Positions 12,390 to 25,877 of a DNA stretch of 64,000 nucleotides are shown in pieces. The first letter of the stretch is position 1, and the number at the start of each line of letters is the position of its first letter. Position numbers and translations under genes: made by a program. The stretch comes from Octopus vulgaris (taxonomy: Eukaryota): positions 35,092,001 to 35,156,000 of the forward strand of contig OX597816.1 of NCBI GenBank assembly GCA_951406725.2, written 5' to 3'. The notes under the pieces were generated by a model. The model did not search any database, was not told the origin of the DNA, and saw only the letters and a list, made by a program, of their open reading frames with translations.

Positions 12390-15300
12390 ATCTCCATCTT
12401 TCAGACAGCATACATCCTCCCTTCACACATGAAAGCGCAATCCTGGCCATGCTCATTTGTTTAGTCCCTGAAGATGTGAGAATTAATTAGAGAATTAATT
12501 AGATATAACAGATGAATTAGCACAGGTCAATGTCGACTTGACCTGTTTCATTACCTGTTGACATAAATTACAAAATTAAAGATAGTTCGAATAAGATTTC
12601 CTAACGGATATCGTGATCAGAATATAATGGAAAAAGAAGCAAATGAAAACGCTTAGACCGAGAACTGATTGAAATAAATGAACTATTATGCCATCAATTT
12701 AACTCTCCAACTGAGAAACAATAAGGGGGACTAGAAATAATTAGATATGTGTTGATGGAATGCATAATAGGAATTCACGACTCTCATAATTTATCCAAAA
12801 GAATAGAAAGTATACATCTTGATGCGGTTGGTGATTTTCAGTGACGAGGTACAACACCAATATTTATAGAAAAAAATATAGTGTCTGATGCAATGAATGC
12901 ATTTTAGTGGACGAGCTATATACTGGCAGGAGTTTAAATTAGATAGATTTGGCCTCCCATCAAGAATGTACAATAATCTCCAAATAAGTTTTTTTAAAAT
13001 TATTTAGTTAGCATATTGTATTAACAACTACACAAGAAATTACTGTTTCAAGACTTCGATATATTTCTGAGAAAACTGTAGAAAAAATTTAAATTGTAGA
13101 ATGTTTGCCTATCTCTATTCTTCGTGGACCACTATAGAGTGCACTTGGTTTACCAAGAAATCTCCTTAGAATTTATGCAGAAAGCAATAAATATTTTTCG
13201 GCTTGATAATGCAAAACAGGAATTGCTTGTGACGCAATGATTTCGGTTATTCTCGTTAATTTTTATTTTACATTTCGGCAACCCAGATGCTTTTCAATGG
13301 GTTATCAACTTTATTGAGTTGAAGACGTAGACATATAACGACACAGTATCCATATTTTACCCCAAGCCATTATCGAGATAAGTTTCACTTTTCTTTAGAA
13401 TTCGAATTGAAAACTTCGTTAATAGCGTGTTTACAGCGTATGCAATAAAGTTGACAGCGTGCAATAGCATAATGCAATACATTAAGTTCAAAAGAAACGC
13501 AGCTATTACTCTAGTTTAAGTAGTAATAAATATTTTGTAAACGAATCCACTTGGCTTCAATTCACATCTATCACGTTATTACATATCATTTTGAACGTTA
13601 GTCACTTGAACTTTTCAACAATATTTTCTACCAGCCTCCGTCTTCTTCGAGTTTTGTTATACCACCAGAGCCAACTGCCTTTTAATGAATTCGAAATTCG
13701 AGTATCTTACATTCAGGTGTTTCTTTGCTCCTGACGATCCTGTTGAAACCTTCAACCCCTTTGGTCATAGCCCTTATTAGCTCTGATGGGAATCAACCTG
13801 CTATTGAGTTATTTGCCTTTTAATTCTTGTAGGCGCTAATTTTAGTCATTCCGACTGGAGAAACTCACTAGGGCGTCGGTTTTGTTGCCGACTGATCACC
13901 TGCTTGCACGTAGTATTGGATTTCAAGATCAGCCATAGCAGACTTTCATTAGTCTGAGAATGAATTGGCCCAAAAGACAGCTGTCTATATTTAAGAGAAA
14001 GATATGCTTTCAGTACCATCAGATGTTCATGGGATATAGTAACTTCTCTGTTCTGGGAGAAAAGAAGTACAAAACGTCTTTAAGAATTGGAAACATCCAG
14101 ACATTTTGACGAGAATGTAAATTGAAGAAAACATGAGTTTGGTGATAAAGAATACGAAGAGAGGTTGCCTCCATTGCTGCACACCTAAAATACTGCGGAA
14201 CACATTTTACTGAACAATAACTGAGACTTGATTCTAAGTAATTTGGATGCGTTAAATACGATTAAATATTAAATTTTAGTCGGTTTGTCTCTGTCAGGTC
14301 CTGGTGATTCTTAACAGGCTATGCGCCAGTGTACTAGTGACTAAATTACGTAGTTTTACGAAATAATAAACTTACCAAGGGAACTCCAAAATCAGAACGT
14401 AATCGAGTTAATTTCGTCCTCAATGCATCCAAAGTACCTAGAACTAACTGTCAAATCTAATTCAATATATGTAATTTGTTCCTCGGTGTAGTCTTTAGAT
14501 ATTTTGGTGAGATTTATGGCTTTCGTAACTTTTTGACCCTTCAACTATAGTTTGGAGTGATCTAGTATATTTAGCGTTTTTAATTATATGAATATTTTAA
14601 ATGTCAGTGGAATGTTCCAACTAATGGTAGCACTTATATCTTCACAACTATCTCCCTACTTCCATAAATTGTATTCTTAGTATTAAAAAGCCGAATTCAT
14701 GCAGCGCTAAGTAAATGCAGCGGAAGCTGAAAGTTGAAACGAAAAAAGTAAGAATTTCCATATATATCTTACTGCGTAAGCTTTATTCGAAAGCTTATTG
14801 TAACCGCGAATAAAAGCAACAGGGCATCTATGACATAATTATTTATGTCTAATACATAAAACAGCCGTAAGATAATTCATTGTTTATTTTATTTTATGAT
14901 GTACCTTCTCACTTTTCATTTCCAATTATTGTCAGATTGTTTCATCATTACCATTTTCGTCCTGCCATTAGGCATATTCTTAATATCATATGAAATATCA
15001 TATGATTGAATTAAGTTTCCCACAAGTACGTGTTCTTGTTATTAAATTTATTCTTTCATTCTCTTGTCTGTTATACCTCCTATATGCATGACTTTTTCAT
15101 TACATATTTTATTCTCTCTTAAATGGCGAAGTATCGAGCGCCTTAAGTTTCAAGTGAAATATTGATGAAAGTGCTTCTCTCACTAAATATAGTGATAATT
15201 TACTTTTCCTTTTTGTTTCCTAGAATGCAAAAAAGATGCACGATGTGGATCAATTTAAATGGAAAGAACTTCCCAGTGTTGCATATCCCATTATAAAACA

Positions 15301-15753
15301 ACAAAACTAATTTTTGTATCTAATCCTCAGTTAGAATTGCAAATTTTATTCATGACATTCACTTGGATATTTATAAGGACTAAACGTGACCTTACTTGGG
15401 ATGAAATTCCATGAACATTTTAGATACTTCCTAAAAATTGAAACAGACAGGCATTACTGACAATGGGAACTGTTATACATAACATATGAAGAAATTATAA
15501 AAGGTGTCAGTTTGATACATTTGACAAATTTGAATATAATATCAAGTAAAAACTACAACTATTTTCAGAAATAATTTATTTCTCTCTAAAAAAAATGTAT
15601 TTATTTTCGAGAACTTGAATTTGCTGGAGTTTGCTGAAAATCGCAATTGACTTCCGGTTTGATCACCTTTCCATCTCTCTTGAATTATGAGGGAGCAGTA
15701 ACGCATGAGCGAGCAATTTACTAGACTCAACATCGTACGCGAAGAATTTCACC

Positions 15754-16406
15754 AATTTCAATTCCCACCATCCATGCAGTGTAAAGAGAGGACTTGCTCA
15801 GTGTCTAAAGCATCGAGCAAAGAATATAAGCAGCGATCGGGATACCCACTACGAAAAACTGATCAAGCACAGTAACAATCTCTTAAGCAACATCTACCCC
15901 CAAAACATACTATCTACTCCAATTATGAACAAAGGAGAGGATGAAACCAATAGACTGTCTGGAGTCTGTCTACCTTATGTGAAAGGCCTCTCCGAAGAGA
16001 TACAGAAAATATGCGGCCATATGACATCAGGACAGTATTCAAGAGTAATACAACACTTCGCAAATGTCTCCTTCGGATAATACTACCAATAGAAGAGAAT
16101 ATGACCAAGAACTGCGTGTACTTCATTCCATGAAGCTTTGGTAGATTGTACAAAGGCGAAACATGCTGTGATACGAGGAGATATTGATAAATCGGTTATA
16201 GCTGATCATGTCTGGAAAAATGGAGACCACCTCCCGCTGGGGGATGGAGTTAAATAAAAGGCAGAGAACACCACTGGAAAATACGGAAACTAAAAGAAGC
16301 AGAACATATGCTAGGACACAACAACCTACTACGCAGACCGAGTGCAGATATGAATAGCATATGAGAACCGGTATTAAGGAAGAATAGGGAAATATTAGAG
16401 CTATAA
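15754..16406 (+). mobile_element. Penelope-like retroelement: disrupted RT C-terminus plus GIY-YIG endonuclease
   Basis: Frames give NFNSHHPCSVKRGLAQCLKHRA, CLPYVKGLSEEIQKI, NCVYFIP..GRLYKGET, KSVIADHVW and RKLKEAEHM, with stops and frameshifts. Confidence 0.85.
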
Positions 16407-16436
16407 GCCCTGAAAATTCACTCCATAATTGCCCAC

Positions 16437-16510
16437 GGGCATATGGCGTAGTGGATAAGAGCGCAGGCTACTAACCCCAAGATTCCGAGATCGATTCCAG
16501 GTAGCAACTT
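16437..16510 (+). other. tRNA-derived module (Pol III A/B boxes), not an intact tRNA
   Basis: A-box TGGCGTAGTGG and degenerate B-box GAGATCGATTCC; acceptor stem pairs poorly. Confidence 0.6.
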
Positions 16511-16718
16511 GAAGAAGAAGAAGAAGAGAATAACTGCAAATACATCTAGACCTTTAATAACTTTAGCAATATAATAATCTATAACGTTCCTCTGAACGAG
16601 GCTTGGACGTACGCTAATTAGAAAGGCATGCATTCCTTTTTATATGTTCATCATTTGTTTATCTGCAATTCCATTATACTGTCACATGACAACAATCCAA
16701 GATTGTTTACACACAGAC

Positions 16719-16768
<50 letters not shown>

Positions 16769-17079
16769 CATACATATATATATATATGCGTGTGTGTGTG
16801 TGTGTGTATACATGTTTGATAGATACATAGATGGACAGATATATATATATATATATATGCATACATATACATGCATAAATGCGAAAACTTGTATATATGC
16901 AATAATTTCTCTGTACATATATGTGTGTTATCCTGCATAATATTCACCTTAATAATAATAATGATAATAATAATAAGGAAAGTAAACGGGTGGAGCCTCC
17001 TCCTCCTCATGAGCTGGTTTATGATACATCTAGTGATGGTGTCATAATAAAAAAAACACTTGTAATTGTGCAATCTGAT

Positions 17080-17843
17080 AATAAGGCAGGTGTGTTTGAT
17101 GGTCGACAGATTCTTACTCTTGTACGTGATCAAGATGATGGATGTCAAGGACAGATCTAATGACTTTCATTCGTGATGGCAATAGAAAATTTTATCGGTG
17201 ATAAAAAGGCCAAGAAGTATCAAACTCTCGTAGCTAATATGTTGTCAGTTTTACGTAATCTGTGATGTAACATGAATGTCACATTCTATTTCATGTACAG
17301 TTATTTTGGTAAATTCCCTGAGCACCTAGGAGCCGTAAGTGATCAACGAAGCAAGCGGTTCTATTAGGACCGCAAGACCATGGAAGACCGTTACCTGGGG
17401 AAATAGGACAAACGTATATTAGCAGACTACTGTTGGAGCATTAAGAGAAATTGTCCTGGCACTGTCCACAAGCAGATGAGTTTCAAGTACAAATCTCTGC
17501 GTGAATAGACTGAAATCGAGCTTTGCCTACTCAAAGTAAATAATTTCTTATTTATAAATCTCTTTTATAATACGTATAACTTTATTAGGGAAAATATTTC
17601 AAATTGTGTTCTTCAATAAATTTATACTATCTTAAATTTTCCTAGTTATTAATCAGTAATAACTTCTGATAGTCTATGACGTTAATGTGATGAAGACGAA
17701 ATTTTGAGATTTTGAAATACTTTGATTGCGAAAAATAAATGGAGCATTTATGAAATAATGAACTTCAGATCTGAAATCTATGCACTGAAATTAGGCAATA
17801 AAATGTGTTGATATCAATTAAACTAAAAGTTTGTTGACCAGTG
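17080..17843 (+). mobile_element. Decayed DNA transposase C-terminus and right end, Chapaev-3/CMC-like
   Basis: Translation KAGVFDGRQI...ENFIGDKK...FPEHLGAVSDQ..KRFY*D..MEDRYLG...LADYCWSIKR resembles the GxVSDExGERFHQD..MExRYQG..ADYCW family; ends in CAGTG. Family name assigned from recalled motifs. Confidence 0.7.
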
Positions 17844-17862
17844 TTATCTGTTAATCAATGTA

Positions 17863-17992
17863 CACACCCACATATACATACACACAAACGCACATATATA
17901 CATACACACATGCATACGTACATGCATACCTACATACATACACACACACAAGCACACATACACACACAAATACACACCCGCACACACACACA

Positions 17993-18043
<51 letters not shown>
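17863..18043. repeat. (CA)n/(CATA)n microsatellite
   Basis: Seen directly. Confidence 0.95.
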
Positions 18044-18044
<1 letters not shown>

Positions 18045-18856
18045 GTGGACTCTCCTGCTGTCGTTAGACCATGAAGAGGATTTACTTATAGTGATCAAAT
18101 GTTTGTATTCAAATGAGCTCGCTCTCTCCATAAAATCGATATTACCTGTACAGGTGCATTATGTTCTAGGGCAATGTCATCGTGTGAGACGTGTCGAAAT
18201 TACGAGCAAAAGGAGTAAGTTCCATTGCATAAAATCTAGAGCTTCGAGTGACAAACTAACCTCAGATTTGAATTCAGTACTCTCAAACAAATACTGCTAT
18301 TAAATCAACAACAAAATTCCCCTCCTGTATTGTGTAAGAGTAACATGTAATTGTCTTAATTGTGCTACTGTTTCTCTATTCCGAGATATATCGCTTCTAT
18401 TCTCTATAATTATTCTTTTACACTTCAAGATCGTCATGGTTTTGTTCCCAATTTTTATACAGGGTCTATACTCTAGATAATCAGATATTGTGGTTTTACG
18501 TTATTTTGTTCTCATAAATCAATGTATGTAATGCTGTTCACGTTAACAATGAAACAGTTTTACTAGTTCACTCTTTGCTCTTACAAGAAATTCACCAAGT
18601 ATGTTCTAATTATAGTTACGTACAATACAGGGATAAGCCTATGATGATCAAGTGTTGAGCATATTAGAGATGTGGATGACAGGAAATTTTGGTATCAATT
18701 ACAGAGAACGAGAAACGTTTTGTTATGCTATCACAGTTGGTTTACCACGTCAAGATTTTATATAGTCTGTCAGTCTTATAATCAAATCAAGTCAATAAGC
18801 GTCTAAATACATATCTGATAATCTCCAAAGCAATACGAAGGTCGATATTCACGAAC

Positions 18857-19034
18857 TATTTGCGTATGCAGAACTATTATTTGATTAGTTTAACTTTCGT
18901 ATGGCAGGGAACGGTTTTTAGAAGTGTTTGTAAAGGTGACTTTGTATTTGAGAGGTATACATAGGATGGGTTTTCTAAAAAAGGATTTAATTCAATAATG
19001 ATTAAGTATGACGTTGCTAATTTTCTCTATACCC
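18857..19034 (+). repeat. About 178-bp direct repeat, second copy at 19512-19689
   Basis: Two roughly 90% identical copies flank the SINE at 19125. Confidence 0.9.
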
Positions 19035-19124
19035 GAAGTTTTAATGCTAATATCCGAAGTGAAAATCAGTATTTATTCATATGATTTTTCTGTTTCTGCT
19101 AACATTTACTACACAATTATAGTC

Positions 19125-19506
19125 ACAAGAGTGGCTGTGTGGTAATAAGCTGGCTTACCAAGCACTTGATTCCGGGCCCAGCCTTATTGCGTGGCCCTTT
19201 GGAGAAAGTGTCTTCTAATATTGTCTCAGACCGAACTAAGCCTTGCAAGTGGATTTGGTAGACGAAAACTGAAGGAAGGCCATCTAATGTGTTTATGTGT
19301 GTGTGTCTTCCTCCGCTGTCACCGCCTGACACCTGGTGTTGGTATTTACATTTCTGCCACATAGTGATTCGGCGAAAGGGCCCGGTAAAATAAGTACTAG
19401 GTTTCAAAAGACAATAAATACTGGGGCCAATAAATTCGACTAAAATTTCCTTGAGTTGGTGCTTCATCATGGCCGCAGTCTAATGACTGAAACCAGTAAG
19501 AAAAAA
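19125..19506 (+). mobile_element. tRNA-derived SINE, family A
   Basis: Head TGGCTGTGTGGTAA, body GTGGATTTGGTAGACG and tail CATGGCCGCAGTCTAATGACTGAAAC, shared with other copies in the window. Confidence 0.85.
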
Positions 19507-19657
19507 ATGTTTATTCGCATATGCAGAATTATTATTTGATTAGTTTAATTTTCGTACGGCAGGGAAAGGTTTTTAGAAGTGTTTGTAAAGGTGACTTTGT
19601 ATTTGAGAGGTATACATAGGATGGGTTTTCTAAAGAGGGATATAATTCAATAATGAT

Positions 19658-21238
19658 TAAGTATGACGTTGTTAATTTTCTCTATACCCAAATGAAACCT
19701 AATTAATTTGGCTCTTGATCAAATGAAATCTATACATTCAACATTCTTTTTTCACAACTAAATTACACTGGGCTACAGAATATGTGCTTCTTTTATTTAT
19801 GATAGAGTTTGGTTTAAGCTATATTTAGATGCTCTTTCTAATTGGATGACATAACAGGCATAGGCCAGTTAGTTTACAAGTCTAGTTGTAAGTTAAAGGT
19901 TTATATATAGCATTCATGGTATCTTCTACATTAATAATACTAATTAATCTTGTTAAGTTTTTACTTTTATTATTTTTATTGTTTGTCCGCCACATGCACA
20001 AACTTAGTAATGCAAAGTATTTATTTTATTTTATTTTTATTATCCTCATAGTTGGCCCGCCCCATGCAAACTTAGAGTCAACAGCCTGTAGCATTTACCT
20101 AGTATTGCAAAGTTTTTATTTTATTTTATTTTTATTATCGTTATTGTTGGTTCGCCCAATGCACAAATTTAGAGACAACAGTCTCTATCATTTACCTAGT
20201 ATTGCCATTTTATTATAATTGTGTTCTTAATTAGATTACTTAAATGGAAAATCCTTACAAAGATTACAGAAATGATTATGGTTTCTTGACTGTAAGATTG
20301 TATTATTTACTTTTCTTATCGAGTATTAATGCATTAATATGCTCTGCAGGTTATGATAAATTTCTCTGTTATAGTGAATATATCACGCTTAATGGCACAC
20401 TGGATTTTGATGCACTAAACAACTTCGCAGGATAACAAAGAAAGAACTGCAAAATTAATGCCCAAATTAAACACTTAAATTAATGCGTAATGATATTTAT
20501 ATCAGAAGGATATGGCTCAATCTAAACCTAATTATGACGAAGTTAATCGTTGTTAAACTATTTTAACGTTAAAATTGTTAGCGTTAATGACCTAACGCTG
20601 TCATCAGTATAATATAATTTCAGTAATTTTGAGTGTGCTATAGAGATAATCGTCTACTCGTTTAATAAAATAAAATTATTATTTAGTCACCGCAATATAT
20701 TCAATTAGCGAATGATATGGAAATAAACAGCTGCCGGTATAAGTGAAGTATGAAGTCGCTGAGGTTGTTTACATTGGATTAGTTTACATTAGAAATCACA
20801 GAAATTAAAATAATCATTGAGAATTTTAAATTATGAATACTTTGCATTATTAGGTAAATGATACAGACTGCTGACTCTAAATTTTTGCATGGACGGACCA
20901 ACAATAAAGATAATGAAAATAAAAACCAAACAACATTAATTAGCATTATTAATGTAGGAGATACCTTGGATGCTAGATCACCTTTGTATATAAATCTTTA
21001 ACTTACAACTAGACTAGCAAACTAATTAGCCTACACACGTTTTGCCATCTAATTAGATAGAGCAGTTAAATATAGCTTAAACCAGACTCTATCATAAATA
21101 AAAGAAGCACATATTCTGTAGCCCAGTGTAATATTAGTTGCGAAAAAAGAAAGTTGAATGTTTAAATTTCATATGACCAAGGGTCAAATTAATTAGGTTT
21201 CATTTGGGTATAGAGAAAATTAACAATGTCATACTCAA
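19658..21238. mobile_element. Foldback-like element with about 400-550-bp inverted arms
   Basis: 19658-~20210 is the reverse complement of ~20840-21238; the left arm carries extra copies of an ~85-bp subrepeat. Confidence 0.75.
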
Positions 21239-23071
21239 TTGTTACATACAAATCTGTTTGACAATCAGCACTGATCAAACAGGCATCTCCACCAAGGCTG
21301 CTAGAGGAGGAGGGCCAAATTATTTTATTTACACATTTTGCATGATCATGCACATCTGAGAATGACTGGTATATACTATCGGTATGACTGTAGCTGGTTT
21401 TGACAGCATACGATATGCGAAGGTAAAAGCAATGGTGTGATTTTTGTGGAGATAAATCTATGAATATTTACGAAGTAATATATTATGGAAAACATTTTCC
21501 CTATGCTCAAGCGGTTCAAATGTAAGAATGCAACATCGATAAAGCTGGAGGTGGTACTGCAACCTTAAAGTATGAATGCTGCCATCAATGTATTATGTGA
21601 AACTTGAAATTAAGCCAGAACGACGTGAAAGTGTGTTTTGTCATCTGAGGGCATCGAGCCCTGTTGGTGACCTGCGGTACAACGTGTCGTTTTACAATCA
21701 TGAGAGGGCCAAAGCAAATACAATTTCATCAATATATGACATGAGAGCACGTAGCACACTCTCAATGATTGTTTCAGAACATTTTATAGACACTAGTAGA
21801 TTCAAATATTCGCTCCAGCGAATTGAATTCACACAGCTATAACTGTCATGGTTGAGATGTCAAAAGTCAAAGTATCACCGAATCTCAATAGGTTGCAATT
21901 TATTGTTTGATTACATTATATAAAAATTTTGAATCATATTATTGTCTTAAGTTGTAAGTATGCTTTCATAGAAACAAAAATTCATTTAAGAATATTTACT
22001 CTTGAAGAAAGTTATATGTCATAAAAACATACGGAATCAATATAATAACCAAATATTCAACAAATCGTAACTTTCTAATAGCATAGCATTATGTCCTTGG
22101 TTATAAACAAAAACTCATTCTGACCAGACGAACGGTCACTTTCACTTTCTCTCTCCTGCTTTAACTCATTCCATTGACATTTATCACCATACATATATCA
22201 GTAATGTCTCATACGCTATGCAAGAAGCTTAATTTCTTCACGATCTGTAAAATATTCTTGCTGTCAATGACGTTATTCGGCCCCAATAAGACACATGATG
22301 CGACTCATCCCGTACCCGCCTTATGCTTATGTTGTTGGAAACATTGGTATACGTCAACTTTGGTGCCAGAATCCGTAGCCGCAGTTCTTGTATTCCTTAA
22401 AGTCATGATGCATGTCACAAATTTGTTATCTGGCCTGTGTTGCATTGTTCTCTTAATTTCTTTACCCGTGTTTTGGTCTTGAAGACGTGGTATACTCTAC
22501 ATTTCGATACGCTGCATCTCAAATGATGAGCTACATTCTTCCATACTTTGGCGAAAACACATTCACTTGTTTACTGATTGAAGTATAGAAACAATTTCTA
22601 ATGTTTGAAAGACATCAGGATATCTTTCTTCATGCTACATACATGTTTAAATTAGACGATTAAGAATTCACTTCATTTCCTGAGGTTTATCGTCAGTACG
22701 TTCACCTTTTCTTTACGCTGGCTCATATAAAAAAACATTACGTGTGATCTACAGCGTTTTATAAGAATATATATTGTTGTTATGTTGTTGGTCATTATTG
22801 TAATTTTGTTGTTATTTTCTTGGTTCTGTTATCACTCACCATATGATTTTGAATCTTGTTTCTCCTTTCAAAATATTTACTTTTTCCTGTTTCCATTATG
22901 TAATTTATGATTGTTTATGCTTGCAGCTCTGTCTGTGTAATTAATTTTGTGTATTGTTTTCTTTTTAATCATTTGTCTTTTTGTTAGAATATAATTTGTG
23001 TACATCACAGACGTAGCTTGCAACACTTCAGTAAAGACCACTCCACCCTACTATTTCTGCTGTGCACATAC

Positions 23072-23260
23072 AAGGTGGCGAGCTGGCAGAATCGTTAGAA
23101 CATCAGACGGAATGCTTCATGGCAATTCTTCCGGCTTTACTTTGTGAGTTCAAATATCGAAAAATATAGACTTTATCTTTCATTATTTCGGGGTCGACAC
23201 AATAGGTACCAATTGAGAACTGTGCCGATTTCATCGCACAAATGTCTCTCCAAAGCAAAA
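23072..23260 (+). mobile_element. tRNA-derived SINE, family B (degenerate)
   Basis: Head AAGGTGGCGAGCTGGCAGAATCGTTAG...GAGTTCAAAT, as at 36720. Confidence 0.8.
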
Positions 23261-23669
23261 AAATATTGTCTGTGACGTCCTGTTTTTGTTATTATTATTA
23301 GCATTATTGTTTTTACGTATTTTTGTATTCTTATTCGTGTAACATCGTCCGTTTTCCCGTCCTTGTTTTGTATACATTCGAGGCTTTCTTCCAAGGAATC
23401 TAATGTGCTTGGTTTAGATTTTCCTTTGGGCTGGCCAGGTCGGAGCAATCTCAAGATTAATCAGCCAAAATTGCGAGGATGATCCGGTTCTTCACTGAAG
23501 ATTGAAGGTTTCGAATGTCCCGTCCGTGTTTTTTGTATCGTCTTCTAAATGTTTTGTGTTCTTGTCCCAGTTTGTATTTGTTTACATATACACACACACA
23601 CACACACACGCATATATGTATATATATACATATATGCGTGTATGTGTGTGTGTATGTATGTATGCTTAT

Positions 23670-23727
<58 letters not shown>

Positions 23728-23729
23728 AT

Positions 23730-23800
<71 letters not shown>

Positions 23801-23809
23801 CTTACAAGG

Positions 23810-24470
23810 TGAGCAATAGTGTGCGTACGCTGCTATATGTATGTATAACAAAAAAAAATTGGAAGAAGAGCGCAAGAGACGACAATAAAATCACACGGAC
23901 TGATAGACTACACAAAGACGGACAGGAAAAGACAAGGACAGACCACCCGTGGCCCTCCATTCATCAGACAAGCCTCCAAACCATCACCACAGCCTCGGCC
24001 CGTCACACGTGAGACTCTCCAAAGTTGGCCGGCCCAAAAAATATAAGCCAAGCGCACTATATTCCTGGAACAAAGCAAGCGACCCTGCACGACAACACAC
24101 TCCAAAATAATCAAGAAAACGGAGAAACTGTCACGCAAACACAAAAACAAACAAAAACAAGACAGCAACAGGTGTATTTCGACTCACAATGACGCATCTA
24201 GTTCAGCTGGCGTGTGGACTGAAAGCCTTGAGGCATAAACATAGATGAAAGTCTAGTGACAGGAAAATAAGGTGCTGTACGGAGGATGTGTTGACGGTTT
24301 GGAGACTTGGCTGATGAATTGAGGGCCACGGTTGGTCCGTCCTTGTTTTTCCTCTCCGTCTTTGTGATGTCTGTCTGTCCGTGTGTTTTTATTGTCATCT
24401 GTTGCATTCTTGTTCCATTTATTGGATTTATATATACATATAGCGGCGTACGTACACATTTTGTGCACCT
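23810..24470. repeat. Diverged inverted repeat, arms ~23810-23996 and ~24283-24468
   Basis: For example CCGTGGCCCTCCATTCATCAG versus CTGATGAATTGAGGGCCACGG. Confidence 0.75.
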
Positions 24471-24891
24471 TCTCAGTAAGTATGTATCTAAATTCAGTAC
24501 GAGGTTTTTACTCCCTCGTTCAGACCCCCTTAAGCTTTCTTCTTTCCTGCCTGTTTTCTTTTTTTTTTTGTTCCCTCTCTCTATTTCTTGGCATTCTTTT
24601 TCTTTAATCTCTCTTTTGTTATCTCCCTTGTACCTTTCTCTTTGCCCCTTCCACACTCTCTCTATATCTCTCTAGCTTCTTCGCTGATTCTTCTAGCCCT
24701 CTGTCTCCACCTCTCTCTTTCCCTTCCGGTCTTCGGCAAATCCAGGATTGCGCTCGACACTCTGGCAAGTAAGTAACTCGAGGTGAATTAAGGACAATCT
24801 GCATTTTCTGTTCGTCTGTGTATTTAGTACATGATCATATGTTTACTTACTAGACGTATTTTAATTACACACACATACACACACGTATATA

Positions 24892-24938
<47 letters not shown>

Positions 24939-24993
24939 TAAGTATAGGAAGAAATGGAGCTGAACAAAGATTTAACAAAATTCCTTTTTATTA

Positions 24994-25077
24994 TTTTCTA
25001 CATATGTTTCGAAGGCTGCAAAGTCCCTAATTCGGATTGAATAAGGAGTCCAGTTTGCAGCCTTCTCTTCACGAAAA
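24994..25077 (-). ncRNA. Type I hammerhead motif with long stem II and C3G substitution
   Basis: Minus strand reads UUUUC GUGAAGA GAAGGCUGCAAA...UUUGCAGCCUUC GAA ACAUAUGU A GAAAA. Confidence 0.75.
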
Positions 25078-25130
25078 TCCAGGAACTTAATTCTCCTACA
25101 AAATGCACAGCAAGCTTTTCGACAAGCGCT

Positions 25131-25305
<175 letters not shown>

Positions 25306-25369
25306 ATTATAATAAAGGGTAAAAATCATTAATGCTTTTACCAGTGTGTCAGCGTGGAAATAAAACAAT

Positions 25370-25630
25370 CGTTAGGCGGTAGCACACGACAAACACGGTG
25401 GTCAAGCGGTAGTATATGACAGAGTCGGTATAAGCATTCGTTACCTCTGCTCCACTTTTCCGGGATACCTTTAGGCCTATTTCTAGGGAGAGAGTGGACA
25501 CCCTGGTCGTCTCCTTGTCCCAATTTCAGACCAAATCTCACACCGATATATTCAACCGATCCATCCGTCCAGTGCTCCACGCCGTTATTGCACGGCATGG
25601 ACATGTCCCTCCTGGTACCAAACTACAAGT
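25370..25630 (-). mobile_element. L1/Tx1-like LINE ORF2 fragment (end of the RT domain)
   Basis: Frames give WTDGSVEYIGVRFG and NWDKETTRV...AEVTNAYTDSVIYYRLT, resembling the KYLGV..NW...LSLxGR..NxxIxSxxxY region. Confidence 0.6.
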
Positions 25631-25877
25631 CTTCTGAATTGTCATGGTAGAACCACCCTTATATTTTACGGTTGTACCAGACATTCAGCCTTAAATGCTT
25701 TCCCATCTCTGCGACGCACGAAAGTTACACCAGATGTACTGAAAATCTGGGTAAAAATATGAAAAATAATATTAGCTTTATGTTGGGCACTTTTTGTTAT
25801 ATATATTGTGAGCAACAAACCAGTTACATTAAGTTTATATGTTGATTGAATGCATGTACTATCTTATACTTACTTTT

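Noticed and set aside
13727-13760. CTGACGA...GAAAC
   Set aside because: No stem II pairing and no cleavage triplet or stem I.
15200-15310. Polypyrimidine tract plus AG followed by a short open frame (possible host exon)
   Set aside because: No recognisable protein similarity, and no partner exons or donor site can be supported.
16437-16510. tRNA gene
   Set aside because: Acceptor and T stems do not pair properly; treated as a tRNA-derived module.
19960-20210. CRISPR-like repeat array
   Set aside because: These are contiguous tandem subrepeats without unique spacers, in eukaryotic context with no cas genes.
20575-20612. Minus-strand CUGAUGA followed by a 7-bp hairpin
   Set aside because: No GAAA or NUH after the stem.
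23490-23525. CTGAAGA...CGAATGTC hammerhead candidate
   Set aside because: Lacks GAAA and has no convincing stems I or III.
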